A stretch of DNA of 64,000 bases from Nitrospirales bacterium (GCA_965203295.1 CBDBCZ010000012.1:512001-576000); one strand, 5' to 3'. Positions 26,157 to 39,414 are shown, counted from the first letter of the stretch. Notes: generated by a model from the sequence alone, not told the origin. Translations and numbers: made by a program.

Positions 26157-26316
26157 CTAATTAGAGGAAGTGTCCTATGAATACGTTAGTAGTTGCTAAA
26201 CCCACAAGTGTTTTGCCTGTGGCTGGGTTTAAAATGGAGCAGCTGTCACTAGTACTGGCTACAGTGGAGTAGTACCTTCCTTAATATGCGACAATTTTTG
26301 GAGAGCCCAAGGGCTC
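26157..26316 (+). ncRNA. Sm-site snRNA-like cassette (type A variant)
   Basis: As type A, with clustered substitutions in the middle (gctgtcactagtactggctacagtggagtagtaccttcc). Confidence 0.55.
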
Positions 26317-27109
26317 AAGTGATGTGAAGCTAGAGCTGATGGGTATGGGGCTAACAAGTGATTGATTAGTGCTATCGTAATCTGCTACACAGGGGGTAGT
26401 TATGATAGTATGATAGTGCTAAGTGGTGATGTACATAATGACCGTCCAGGCTCTCTCCAAAAGAAAGGGGAGAACCTAGTACATTTTATCAAGTGAGTAA
26501 GGTAGAGAGAACTCAATTACATGTGGGTGAACAAAATCACAATGGCAGGTCCAACAGTCTATCAGCGAAAATAGTCAGAGAAATTGAGTTCAAGGGTCTA
26601 AAGCAATACATCCGCCCCAACCCACCATCAAGTGAAAGGCCACATGTACAGGTAATACTTCAAAGCTCATTAAAGAGAGGACAGCGAATGTACAGCTGAC
26701 TCGGCGTTTACTATTTAGAGCAGTGTCCGTGCACTAGCAGTTATGTAAACCCACAAGTGTTTTGCTTTTGGATGCGTTTAGGAGCAGCAGTTTCTGTGAT
26801 TGATAACTCCCAATTTACCTATTCCTAGCTGTCCAGTTCCTTTCTTCTCTTCAGTTCTCAAGTAGCAAGCTACAGTGTGTTTGTCTTAGACTCAGTGAAT
26901 GCGTGCTTTTCGTTCCAAACTACGATTTGCCATTGACTGTATTTGTGAATGAGCTTTGACCGTTGACCTCACCCTTTCGAGCAGCTTTGACTATTGACCA
27001 TTGAACGACTGCAGTCCCAATAGAGTCTATGGGAATGACTCTCCCTTGAAGAGGTGGCAGTATGTAGCCAAGTACTATGCCCAGTGCTAAATTTCAATAT
27101 GTGAATTTT

Positions 27110-27265
27110 CTAATTAGAGGAAGTGTCCTGTGAACAGTACGTATGAGTAAGGCTAAACCCACAAGTGTTTTGCTTGTGGCTGGGTTTATAAGGAGCAACA
27201 CCATACACTATGGCTAAAGGCATTATGATAATGAGCATTTTTGGAGATCTCGAGCCTAAGGCTCG
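27110..27265 (+). ncRNA. Sm-site snRNA-like cassette (type E)
   Basis: Matches 19292-19447. Confidence 0.55.
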
Positions 27266-27531
27266 TACTAATACATGTATTAAATGTCTGATTACGTAGC
27301 TCCCACCTTCCCTAGCTCTCCATGCTACACATCAGCATCTGGTATTTAGAGCCAGTACTGTGTCGATGACCTAATTATTATGGACTTGCAATAACTGTAA
27401 TTGACATTCATTTGCTATGCATAATGCATTTAGTTGCTGTGCATAATTTTCTGTCTGGTGTCTGTTAATTTTCACATACGTAAACTCTAATAAATAACCG
27501 GGGCGGTTATATTTAGAATTAGCAGCCTCAA

Positions 27532-29558
27532 GTATAGGTTATACGATGAGGAGGAGGTAACTACGGGATTTATACACCTCGTGCCTTCGGCACTCGGTGT
27601 ATAAATCCCGTAGTTACCGACCCGAGGCGTATAACTGGCTTGTACCGTGGCATAGCAACCGCGTACTGCGTAGCGACGTAGGAACTCATTTTAGTTTTAG
27701 CTTGGCTTTATAGATGGCGCTTTCAGAAGACCTCGATTCTCTCTGTACTCAACAGTTGTTTAGAGCGGCAGAATCCTTGAAACTCGACGAGTTTGACTGC
27801 ATACTATCGCAGACTAGCGATGTTGAACTGTCCGCACTCTGTACTCCAGGCCCCTCCCTCAGCGCGCGTACCGGTACCGACCCAAGCCGGCTACTCGAGC
27901 CCCACCCCCAGTATCAGTTGCTCAGCTCCACCCACCAGGAGAGCTCGATAGCTGTTTCGAGCAACCGGTTTACAGCTCCCACAACTGATGCTGATGTGCA
28001 GGCAGTACAGTCCAGTGCTGTTCCAAAAAACACCAGCAAGTCCACCAGTTGGGCTGTCAATATTTGGAAGGAGTGGACTGCTCACAGAAGAACGGTATGC
28101 CACCCTCTTGACTGCCCCCCACACCTTCTGCTGTGTCAGCCAGACGAGCTAAACCAGTGGTTGAGCAAGTTTGTACTGGAGGTTCGACGAAAAGATGGAC
28201 AGCTATACCCACCTCAGACACTATATTCACTCTGCTGCGGTCTTTTGAGGTATGTGCGTGAGATCAAACCGGACATCAACTTCTTCAAAGATGCACAATT
28301 TTCTGGCTTTCAGCGAACTCTAGATGGCTTAATGAAACAGTTACGTTCATGCGGTCTTGGCAGCAAGAAACGACAAGCAGAGCCAATCACCATCAATGAA
28401 GAAGCTATCCTATGGGAGCAGGGTCTTCTTGGAAGCCTTTCACCTCAAGTACTTTTAGATACGATGGTATTCCTCTGTGGAATGTACTTTGCTCTCCGAA
28501 GTGGGCAAGAGCACCGTGACCTCCAGTTCAATCAGATTGAGCTCATCGAACCACCAGATGACTCACCTCCCTACCTGGTATATACTGAAAATATCTCCAA
28601 GAATAACACAGGTATTGTATTGCTTATATATTTTCTTGTCCGTGTGTTTAGCTCTATTTATTGCTTGTATTACCTTGTGTTGACACAGGAGGTATGGCAC
28701 AAAGGAAGCTGCAGCCGAAGCAGGTGATGCACCATTCCAACATCAGCAATCCATCTCGTTGCTTTGTCCAACTCTTCCAGAAGTATCTCCACCACTGTCC
28801 CAAGGAACGAAAAACGAATTGTTTCTACCTCACACCGCTGAAAAAGACCAAAGGTGATGTCTAGTATTCAAATATGCCAGTTGGCCACAATACCCTCTCT
28901 AAGACGGTGAAACGTCTGTGTGCATCTGCAGGCATATCGGGCTTCAAAACCAATCACTCCCTTCGAGTAACAAACGCTACCCGACTATTTCAAAGTGGTG
29001 TGGATGAGCAGCTTATAATGACTCGAACTGGACACAGAAGCATTGAAGGAGTTCGAACGTACAAAAGAGTTTCGGATGAGCAAAAACAAGCACTATCTGA
29101 GGTCCTCAATTCAGCCACAAATGGGGTAGGCCAAGAGTCATATGCAAAGAAACCACGGATAGAATTTGAGAAATCTGTTGGTGTTTCTGTTGCCAGTGGC
29201 CGGGCTGTGTGCAGTTCACAGACCATGCTACCACCTATGCACTTTTCTGGCTGTACTCAGATCACCATAAACTGCACTCCCTATACTGCACCTCAGTAAT
29301 GACTCGACCGCTTCCATTATCTATGTACCTGTACACTTACTGGTTAACCATTGTTTTTGACTATATAACATTGTACACATTTCTGAACATTGTATCATAG
29401 CAAATCCAAAATGTCCCTGAGGAAAAAATTACATTGTATTTACTAGCCTAAGGGCGGGGTGTATAAGTACTTATACACCTCTCAAGGAGGTGTATAAGTG
29501 ATTTATTGACCTGTGAGCAGTGAATGTGATTGGTCAGATTCGAACAACCATGGTACAA
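27532..29558 (+). mobile_element. Crypton-type tyrosine-recombinase DNA transposon (~2.03 kb), copy 1
   Basis: The empty site in unit 1 (gcagcctCAAtgggcgg, 19712-19714) defines the ends: cctCAA|gtatagg...ggtaCAA|tgggcgg. No TIRs. A 23-bp perfect hairpin lies at 27556-27618. Encodes a tyrosine recombinase. Confidence 0.9.
27714..29299 (+). pseudogene. Crypton tyrosine recombinase (DUF3504/ZMYM-QRICH1-related type). Exons 27714-28611 and 28689-29299; premature TAG at 28862-28864
   Basis: Motifs WLSKFVLEVRRKDGQLYPPQTL, catalytic R in FALRSGQEHR, HxxR in TNHSLR, TGHRS, and Y in RTYKR. A 77-nt GT-AG intron restores the frame. The stop falls in DV*YSNMPVGHNTL, where TGG (W) is expected. Confidence 0.88.
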
Positions 29559-32500
29559 TGGGCGGTTACTTTTACATGGGCGGGTATAATCACAGATCGG
29601 TTATTTTTGCTTATCCCACATTGCATCATCTCTAATAAATTTCATTGGATGAGAGCAGTAGGATATATAGGCGCATATCCTACAGTTCTGTACTTCCTTA
29701 GTTACATATTAGTAACATAACCTCAAGCTACTTCACGATAGTTACGCACATGCGCAGTAGTGGGATAAGTCAGATAGAGCACGCCCCAGCAGAGGATATG
29801 TGCCCAAAATATCCTCTTTGGATACGGTTTTATCCCTCGGCTGCGCCTCAGGTAAAACCGCATCCGCGGAGGATATATAGGCGCATATCCTCCGCTGTGA
29901 TGTGGCCTATCCTATACAAAGCAACCGTTAATAGCATGGTAGATCTACAGAAATATCGTTGAGATCAGCCTGGTAGATGTGGTGTCCCTTGAGGTAGGAA
30001 GCCTTCAGGCAGGTAAACTGAACGAGCTCCTTAGCGTTACCTTAGCTACCGTAGCTTAGTCTCGTTCCCAGAACCCTCCACTAACCGTAGCTAGGGTTTT
30101 CTCGCTACGACTAACGCCAACTTCTTGGTTTTCACAGTCTGATTCTCGTCGCTATTCTGTATGGTCGTGTTCTACGTATTAGCTGCATGCTCTGCTTGCT
30201 ATAGACATTCACACGTGCAAACACTATTAATTTTACAGATTCAATTTCCTGCCTGGGCTGCACGTGCAAATTATGGGCGGTTATGTTCATAGAAGGTTTT
30301 ACACAGGAGTAAACTGTTGTTGCAGTAAATAGATCATGTTATACTAGAGGGGCGGTTTTTTACAGTACTCTCTATATATGCATAGAAACTTTAATTTTCA
30401 CCCCTACCTCTAGCTTAGCTAGTAGCTGGCATGAGTAAGCTTCCATGCTGGCCGTGTGAATTAGACGCACAAAACGTATTCCTTGCTTGGATGGCTACCA
30501 GTGTGCAATGAGTAAGTGATATACGTGTGTGTATAATTATCTGGTTGCTATGCGTATAGTTCCCATGCAGACATTGTGAAACTGAAGTGATTTGCATGGT
30601 TTGCTCCGATTTTGCTCTCCCTCACTCTGACTCATGCACTTGCTGGCTCACTACCATGACTACATACCTCCAGTGTGGTATTATTATACACGGCAGCTGT
30701 GAATGACAATATATGATACAGGGGCGTGGGAAGCAGAAATAGAGTGGTCTGGCCATAGAAGCTTGCCCGTATTACTCTGAAAGATAGGAAGCACTCTCAA
30801 AATTTTGTTGTATTCACATATTAGTGAACCGTGGCAGCAGAGTAGATTGGAATGTAGATATCTGCCACCTGTTGAGGAAAGTGGAGTTAGAAGCTACAGA
30901 GTTTAAGTATTTATGAATGCAAGAACAGTTCTTAGCTGGTTCTAGCTGGGATACAAGATAGTCCTTACCTTTAACCTACTGAGAAAAATTAATACGTATA
31001 AGGTTATATAACGAGGGAGGCAGCTACCACGTCTTTGTCAACTTTGGACAGCTTTTTAGAGAAGTGAATACAAAGCCATTGCACACGTGGCATGTACCTG
31101 TGCATGCGTATTAAATATGTGAGTGTGTCCCGTTGAAAAAAGTCGTGTGGCTCATCAGATGACAGTGGCAAGTAAGCAGCTTGTGGAAGAAGCATACATA
31201 ATTATAGCTTCTTGGAAACTCATCACTCTAGTCATGCAGTTGTCTTCCTGGTGATGCTATCCTTGTTCTTGCTTGTGTTGCTGCTTGGGTACAATGAGTG
31301 CCACTTTGGGTGGTTCATGCGCTCCTGGTAAACTGAATTGGATTGACTACATGTACTGTATTCAAGCAGTGTGGGGTATGTTTTTTTTTCTGAAGACCTC
31401 TAGTTTGTGTAGTGATGTTCTTCCGTCTTGACCTCGATACTTATAGGCTCACTTGCTTGCAATGTATAATTGCATTGAAAACTGCTGCGTTTATACTAAC
31501 CCCACCCTTAGCAGAAGTTCAGACTTTGAAACATGCGATGGAGTAATCTACATGGCACTGTCACATATGGCAGTGTTTGGGTGTATGTGCACTTAGTGAT
31601 CCTCCATGTCCTGACGTGCCCAAACTCACGAGGGTGCACTGTCTTTCAAAAGATTGAACAGATGTGTGTAGATGCCGAGCTAGTCTGCTAATTAGGGCAG
31701 TTTGCAATGAAGGGTGAGCAGAACAGAGGCAGAAGAGGAAGTTGATGTGGGGGAATTGGTACTCTTTGAGTGGGTGGCATAGAGAGACTAGTGTTACTAA
31801 GAACCACAAGATGTATGTAAATGTATACAGAATGATGGGTGTTTGGGTAGCAGGTTATCATTAAGGGGGGGGGGGTCCACTGTATGTTATGCTGGGATGG
31901 CTGGGTACTATATCTTTATTCTATTATTACTCAAGATCCAAGAAATTGTGATTCTAGGAATTTATTATGAATCTAATCTAGGCAAGTCTATCACTAATTA
32001 TTTTAAGCTGAATCCAATCTAACACAAGAGGTGTACAACTCCAGGAAATATACTTTGTAAATTGCACTATAAACTATTAGCTAAAACAACTGTTACTCAG
32101 TGAAGTCCACAAATGGCTTTGAGTCTTCACTAAATGGCTCTTCTGGGTCTTGCTGCCTATCAAAATTCTGGTGAAACCTTGAGCCCAGAGGAGGTTGGAC
32201 ACGGTCATGTGACATACGCGCGTATGCGATTCTCTACGGAGATTTCTGTATAAAAGCGCTAAAAAGTTTTCTCGTTAGTCTTTATGCGTATCCTCAAGGA
32301 ATAGACATCTTTCGTGAGCTCTCCCGAAGTAGATTCAGAATATCTCGCCAACCCCGTTCAACCCCTGGGTCATTGCAGAGCTACGGTCGTTTAAATATCT
32401 AGCTATCGGCAAGGCGAGACTACATACTGGATTCTATCTAGTAACGGAAAGGTGCTGCCCGTATAGGTCCGTTCCAGCCATCTTACAGCAATCTACAGGC

Positions 32501-35214
32501 TATTGCAGCTTTATAGCGAGCTGTGCTTACCTTCTCAGTGAGCTAATTACATGTTGGAATGCAGCGTGGAATGTAATAAAGTGCAGCAAAAGGCGTGTGA
32601 CCGCCACATGTTAATGAATGCGTGTCCAACCTCCTCTGCCTTGAGCCTACCTCTTGAAAAAACTGGCTTCTTTCAAAGCGACTAAACCACTCCTTTACAA
32701 TGCATGATCTAATCTAGCCCAGGAAATTCTATTCCAGGAATTTTCAATGAATCTAATTTAGCTCTAACAAAACTGAAATTAATTTATTTGCTTGAGTAAT
32801 AATAGAATAAAGACAGTAAGCTGTAGTTGCATATATTATAGGACAGTGTACTATAAATGCCGTAGATCGGGAAATTTTCACTCGTAAAAATGTGTGGCCG
32901 TTAGAATTTTTGTTGTTTTCTTTTCATCGCTTCGGCACACCAGAAGTGTAGCTATAGTGTTATTGGTCGTCGTTGTAGGGTACTCAAGGAACTTTATTAA
33001 CGGCTGAAAATTTCCCGATCTGCAGTAACACAACATACATCTAAGCTAAGTTTGGGTGTAGCATGCTTATCGTGTTTAGGAGATGCCTGATAAGAGAATA
33101 ATTACAGTTGGAATTGGCTGGGCCCTACTGGCAAGTGCTACTAGCAGGTTTAGTGACTATATAAAGCTTGCCTACTGCTCCTTTGCCAAGGGGCTCCAAT
33201 AGGTCAGTGGTAAGAGCATCTGATTAGTATGCAGAAGGTCCTAGGTTCAATCCTCCGTTTTCCTTACTCTCTCAGAAAGCTTATCTTCTCTTGAAGAGTT
33301 TGCAATGTAAATTTCAACGTCCTTTGATGTGCCCGTAAACACAACTTCTCTGTACGCAGGCGGTCGCTCCAAGAAGAGCAAGAAGCGAGCCAAGTACCTT
33401 GCCCGGCAGGCCGAGGTGGAGTTCTTCCGGCCCCTCTGCGACCTGGTCGAGGACCGCCTGTCTCTGGAGGTGGGGCAGCTGGAGCTGAGCAGCCAGGCGG
33501 AGGTGCCTCCTCTGGTGGAGCTTTGCGTCAGGAAGATACGCAAGACTGACCTGGGTGGGTGCCCTGGTGGCTGTAGGCTGGTGTGTGTCTCTGTGTCATA
33601 GTACTAGTGCTGGTTGGAATTTTCACCAGTCGGTTGTGCATGAAATCCGTAAATGACTGGTCCTTTGTATATTCCATGTACACGATAATATATTATTGTG
33701 GTACACGATACTATGCAACTGTACACCTCTATTAGGCCTAGCAGATTTAGGTTTGGTGGCCGAACTACATCAAGGGAGTTTAGGTTTTGTTACCTAGATG
33801 ATGGAAAAGTGGTAAACACTTATGGGTTTGAACTACTTAGTAACTGGAAGCACACAATAAGTAATCGTAACAAGGTGAGTAGTGAGGTACTACATCCTAG
33901 GTTCGTAGAATACTTCACTGTTTGTAAATCTTTCTTAATATTGGGATACACTCTTTTCCGTATACCACAATAAAGGAATAGAAACAGTGTAGGGTCACTA
34001 TTATGACTATAGTACATGTAAATAGGAGGGAAAGAGTGTAGAGATACACTGGCTCCCCCCTATGGTATATAGGGGGAACCAGTAACATACATGTATATGT
34101 TATAGGAAAGAAAGAGCATTGTTTCCCCACCTGCCTCAATTTTGTTGATCCCCCAATGCGTTCTTATTGTAATTGATGTAAAATTGCGAACTGCAGATCA
34201 TAGCTAAATCTGTTATCCCCACAAAGAGCAAGTGAGCTTCTTCCAAGTGCATGCATCATGGACCAGTATATTGCGCTGTAACTTGTAGCAAGCCATTTAT
34301 TAGTTACAGATGAGTGCTCAGGGGTGGCTACCATAGCAATTAGGTATGGTCCATTGCACACCTCAAAGTACTAGTACACATGGTAATTGTCTGGCTACTG
34401 ATACCTCCTTTGAATTATTAATAATAACGTGTACTTGTATAACCCTGATACATGTATACTCCCTAGTAACCCCTAGCGGTTCCTGTGAAGTTGTATGGTA
34501 GCCTGCTACAAATATTATTGCACGAGTGAAAGTGAAATATGGCTGGATATTGCACAAGTTGACAGATGTATTTTCATGAGCCAAAGACAAGTGGAAGTGC
34601 TGCCTACGAGTGCAATATCCGGCCATTTTTCACTTTCACGAGTGCAATAGTGTTTATTACCCACTTTTACCATAACTATGGCCAACATTGTCATAAATTT
34701 ATCTTACTGACATTCCTACATGTACTCATCAGAGATGAATTTTATATAATAACTCGCCAACGTTATGCATGAACTGAATGAACTGCACGTGGACTTTCGA
34801 TGAGGTACCGCTTCAGCGATGCACGAGAAGCCAAGCGTTTTTGTGTTACTGTATAGAAGATAGGGGCAGAGTTTACCGTACTCGCGATTGCGCAGAAGTG
34901 GTAAATTCGTGATGCTCATTATCTCTTGAACGGAAGGAGCTGTAGCCTTCTAGCCTGGACTGCCAGTAGTTGAAGGTTAGTACTTACATCGTACCAAGAA
35001 TCATTGGCATTCCCATCATTGGCTGTGCAGAATTGAAAGGTAACTATCGACTTCCGCATCCACCTACGCAACGTGGAATAGCAACTGTCGAATATCATGG
35101 GATATTCCATATACCTGCTCAATGATGGAACACTTCAAGAGAGAATATCAAGTGGGTAATAAACCCCCTAGCCCCATGCAGAGTTTCCTTACAAGGGTTC
35201 TTGCAAGGAATTTA

Positions 35215-35356
35215 CTAATTAGAGGAAGTGTCCTATGAATACATTAGTAGTTGCTAAACCCACAAGTGTTTTGCCTGTGGCTGGGTTTATAAGGAGCAAC
35301 AGTGTAGTGTATGGCTACCGCTGACGTGTCTGCAATTTTTGGAGAGCCCAAGGGCT
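35215..35356 (+). ncRNA. Sm-site snRNA-like cassette (type F)
   Basis: Matches 25359-25502, with a 2-nt deletion in the middle. Confidence 0.55.
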
Positions 35357-36010
35357 GAAATAGTGTGAAAATAGCTAGTTATGTATTGAGACAGTATAGT
35401 ACTACAGTACTTCCCCAACAATGTACGTAATTTTGCCTATTGCAGACTATGCTTGACACAGTATAGTACTACAGTACTTCCCCAACAATGTACGTAATTT
35501 TGTCTATTGCAGCTTCTGAACAAATGCCTGATAATGTCTTCACAATTCCTGCCAAATTCAATTCTACCAATATTTATTTACAGCCAGTTAGAAACTGTTT
35601 CATGGAATATAATTTTTTGGCAAAGTTTCCAGCTATAATATGATGACTAATTATTGCATCCCTGTAACTTCAGGTAGAGTTAACCAGTAAATGAGGATCA
35701 AACTTGACTGATCGATCATTTTGGTAACGACGTAATAGCCAGAGTTTGCTTGGCACTATCATGCCTCAGGGGGGTAGGACAAGGTAATGTGTGCATGTCA
35801 GCAGTGGTACACTAGACGCAACACCAATTCTCTTGGAGAGCTTTTTGTGATAGTGGTGCAAAGCTGAAGAACACTCTTTAGGAGTAGCCTGAATTGATTT
35901 TGATGGCATGAACCTGGCATGTTGCACTCACTGTTATTATGTGCTGGAATGTGACCTCCAGACTGCTGTTCTTAAAGACTAGCTGCTGTGCAGCACTGTG
36001 TAAATAGTAA

Positions 36011-36170
36011 CTAATTAGAGGAAGTGTCCTATGAATACGTTAGTAGTTGCTAAACCCACAAGTGTTTTGCCTGTGGCTGGGTTTAAAATGGAGCAGCTGT
36101 CACTAGTACTGGCTACAGTGGAGTAGTACCTTCCTTAATATGCGACAATTTTTGGAGAGCCCAAGGGCTC
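36011..36170 (+). ncRNA. Sm-site snRNA-like cassette (type A variant)
   Basis: Matches 26157-26316. Confidence 0.55.
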
Positions 36171-36965
36171 AAGTGATGTGAAGCTAGAGCTGATGGGTAT
36201 GGGGCTAACAAGTGATTGATTAGTGCTATCGTAATCTGCTACACAGGGGGTAGTTATGATAGTATGATAGTGCTAAGTGGTGATGTACATAATGACCGTC
36301 CAGGCTCTCTCCAAAAGAAAGGGGAGAACCTAGTACATTTTATCAAGTGAGTAAGGTAGAGAGAACTCAATTACATGTGGGTGAACAAAATCACAATGGC
36401 AGGTCCAACAGTCTATCAGCGAAAATAGTCAGAGAAATTGAGTTCAAGGGTCTAAAGCAATACATCCGCCCCAACCCACCATCAAGTGAAAGGCCACATG
36501 TACAGGTAATACTTCAAAGCTCATTAAAGAGAGGACAGCGAATGTACAGCTGACTCGGCGTTTACTATTTAGAGCAGTGTCCGTGCACTAGCAGTTATGT
36601 AAACCCACAAGTGTTTTGCTTTTGGATGCGTTTAGGAGCAGCAGTTTCTGTGATTGATAACTCCCAATTTACCTATTTTCCTAGCTGTCCAGTTCCTTTC
36701 TTCTCTTCAGTTCTCAAGTAGCAAGCTACAGTGTGTTTGTCTTAGACTCAGTGAATGCGTGCTTTTCGTTCCAAACTACGATTTGCCATTGACTGTATTT
36801 GTGAATGAGCTTTGACCGTTGACCTCACCCTTTCGAGCAGCTTTGACTATTGACCATTGAACGACTGCAGTCCCAATAGAGTCTATGGGAATGACTCTCC
36901 CTTGAAGAGGTGGCAGTATGTAGCCAAGTACTATGCCCAGTGCTAAATTTCAATATGTGAATTTT

Positions 36966-37121
36966 CTAATTAGAGGAAGTGTCCTGTGAACAGTACGTAT
37001 GAGTAAGGCTAAACCCACAAGTGTTTTGCTTGTGGCTGGGTTTATAAGGAGCAACACCATACACTATGGCTAAAGGCATTATGATAATGACCATTTTTGG
37101 AGATCTCGAGCCTAAGGCTCG
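36966..37121 (+). ncRNA. Sm-site snRNA-like cassette (type E)
   Basis: Matches 27110-27265. Confidence 0.55.
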
Positions 37122-37387
37122 TACTAATACATGTATTAAATGTCTGATTACGTAGCTCCCACCTTCCCTAGCTCTCCATGCTACACATCAGCATCTGGTA
37201 TTTAGAGCCAGTACTGTGTCGATGACCTAATTATTATGGACTTGCAATAACTGTAATTGACATTCAGTTGCTATGCATAATGCATTTAGTTGCTGTGCAT
37301 AATTTTCTGTCTGGTGTCTGTTAATTTTCACATACGTAAACTCTAATAAATAACCGGGGCGGTTATATTTAGAATTAGCAGCCTCAA

Positions 37388-39414
37388 GTATAGGTTATAC
37401 GATGAGGAGGAGGTAACTACGGGATTTATACACCTCGTGCCTTCGGCACTCGGTGTATAAATCCCGTAGTTACCGACCCGAGGCGTATAACTGGCTTGTA
37501 CCGTGGCATAGCAACCGCGTACTGCGTAGCGACGTAGGAACTCATTTTAGTTTTAGCTTGGCTTTATAGATGGCGCTTTCGGAAGACCTCGATTCTCTCT
37601 GTACTCAACAGTTGTTTAGAGCGGCAGAATCCTTGCAACTCGACGAGTTTGACTGCATACTATCGCAGACTAGCGATGTTGAACTGTCCGCACTCTGTAC
37701 TCCAGGCCCCTCCCTCAGCGCGCGTACCGGTACCGACCCAAGCCGGCTACTCGAGCCCCACCCCCAGTATCAGTTGCTCAGCTCCACCCACCAGGAGAGC
37801 TCGATAGCTGTTTCGAGCAACCGGTTTACAGCTCCCACAACTGATGCTGATGTGCAGGCAGTACAGTCCAGTGCTGTTCCAAAAAACACCAGCAAGTCCA
37901 CCAGTTGGGCTGTCAATATTTGGAAGGAGTGGACTGCTCACAGAAGAACGGTATGCCACCCTCTTGACTGCCCCCCACACCTTCTGCTGTGTCAGCCAGA
38001 CGAGCTAAACCAGTGGTTGAGCAAGTTTGTACTGGAGGTTCGACGAAAAGATGGACAGCTATACCCACCTCAGACACTATATTCACTCTGCTGCGGTCTT
38101 TTGAGGTATGTGCGTGAGATCAAACCGGACATCAACTTCTTCAAAGATGCACAATTTTCTGGCTTTCAGCGAACTCTAGATGGCTTAATGAAACAGTTAC
38201 GTTCATGCGGTCTTGGCAGCAAGAAACGACAAGCAGAGCCAATCACCATCAATGAAGAAGCTATCCTATGGGAGCAGGGTCTTCTTGGAAGCCTTTCACC
38301 TCAAGTACTTTTAGATACGATGGTATTCCTCTGTGGAATGTACTTTGCTCTCCGAAGTGGGCAAGAGCACCGTGACCTCCAGTTCAATCAGATTGAGCTC
38401 ATCGAACCACCAGATGACTCACCTCCCTACCTGGTATATACTGAAAATATCTCCAAGAATAACACAGGTATTGTATTGCTTATATATTTTCTTGTCCGTG
38501 TGTTTAGTTCTATTTATTGCTTGTATTACCTTGTGTTGACACAGGAGGTATGGCACAAAGGAAGCTGCAGCCGAAGCAGGTGATGCACCATTCCAACATC
38601 AGCAATCCATCTCGTTGCTTTGTCCAACTCTTCCAGAAGTATCTCCACCACTGTCCCAAGGAACGAAAAACGAATTGTTTCTACCTCACACCGCTGAAAA
38701 AGACCAAAGGTGATGTCTAGTATTCAAATATGCCAGTTGGCCACAATACCCTCTCTAAGACGGTGAAACGTCTGTGTGCATCTGCAGGCATATCGGGCTT
38801 CAAAACCAATCACTCCCTTCGAGTAACAAACGCTACCCGACTATTTCAAAGTGGTGTGGATGAGCAGCTTATAATGACTCGAACTGGACACAGAAGCATT
38901 GAAGGAGTTCGAACGTACAAAAGAGTTTCGGATGAGCAAAAACAAGCACTATCTGAGGTCCTCAATTCAGCCACAAATGGGGTAGGCCAAGAGTCATATG
39001 CAAAGAAACCACGGATAGAATTTGAGAAATCTGTTGGTGTTTCTGTTGCCAGTGGCCGGGCTGTGTGCAGTTCACAGACCATGCTACCACCTATGCACTT
39101 TTCTGGCTGTACTCAGATCACCATAAACTGCACTCCCTATACTGCACCTCAGTAATGACTCGACCGCTTCCATTATCTATGTACCTGTACACTTACTGGT
39201 TAACCATTGTTTTTGACTATATAACATTGTACACATTTCTGAACATTGTATCATAGCAAATCCAAAATGTCCCTGAGGAAAAAATTACATTGTATTTACT
39301 AGCCTAAGGGCGGGGTGTATAAGTACTTATACACCTCTCAAGGAGGTGTATAAGTGATTTATTGACCTGTGAGCAGTGAATGTGATTGGTCAGATTCGAA
39401 CAACCATGGTACAA
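37388..39414 (+). mobile_element. Crypton-type transposon, copy 2
   Basis: Same junctions as 27532-29558 and near-identical sequence. Confidence 0.9.
37570..39155 (+). pseudogene. Crypton tyrosine recombinase, copy 2. Exons 37570-38467 and 38545-39155; premature TAG at 38718-38720
   Basis: Same motifs and the same nonsense codon as copy 1. Confidence 0.88.

Larger units (their letters stand above)
22023..31895 (+). repeat. Tandem segmental repeat unit 2 (~9.87 kb, with Crypton)
   Basis: Collinear with units 1 and 3. ORF offsets to unit 3 are 9873 (23456 versus 33329) and 9856 (27714 versus 37570). Confidence 0.95.

Noticed and set aside
28612..28727. C-terminal hydrophobic tail of the 337-aa ORF read as a transmembrane segment
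   Set aside because: It is read-through into the 77-nt intron. Splicing restores the recombinase frame.
13213..37121. CRISPR-array interpretation of the constant-variable-constant cassettes
   Set aside because: Copies are about 0.4-8 kb apart, the two constant flanks differ from each other, no cas genes are present, and the DNA is eukaryotic.
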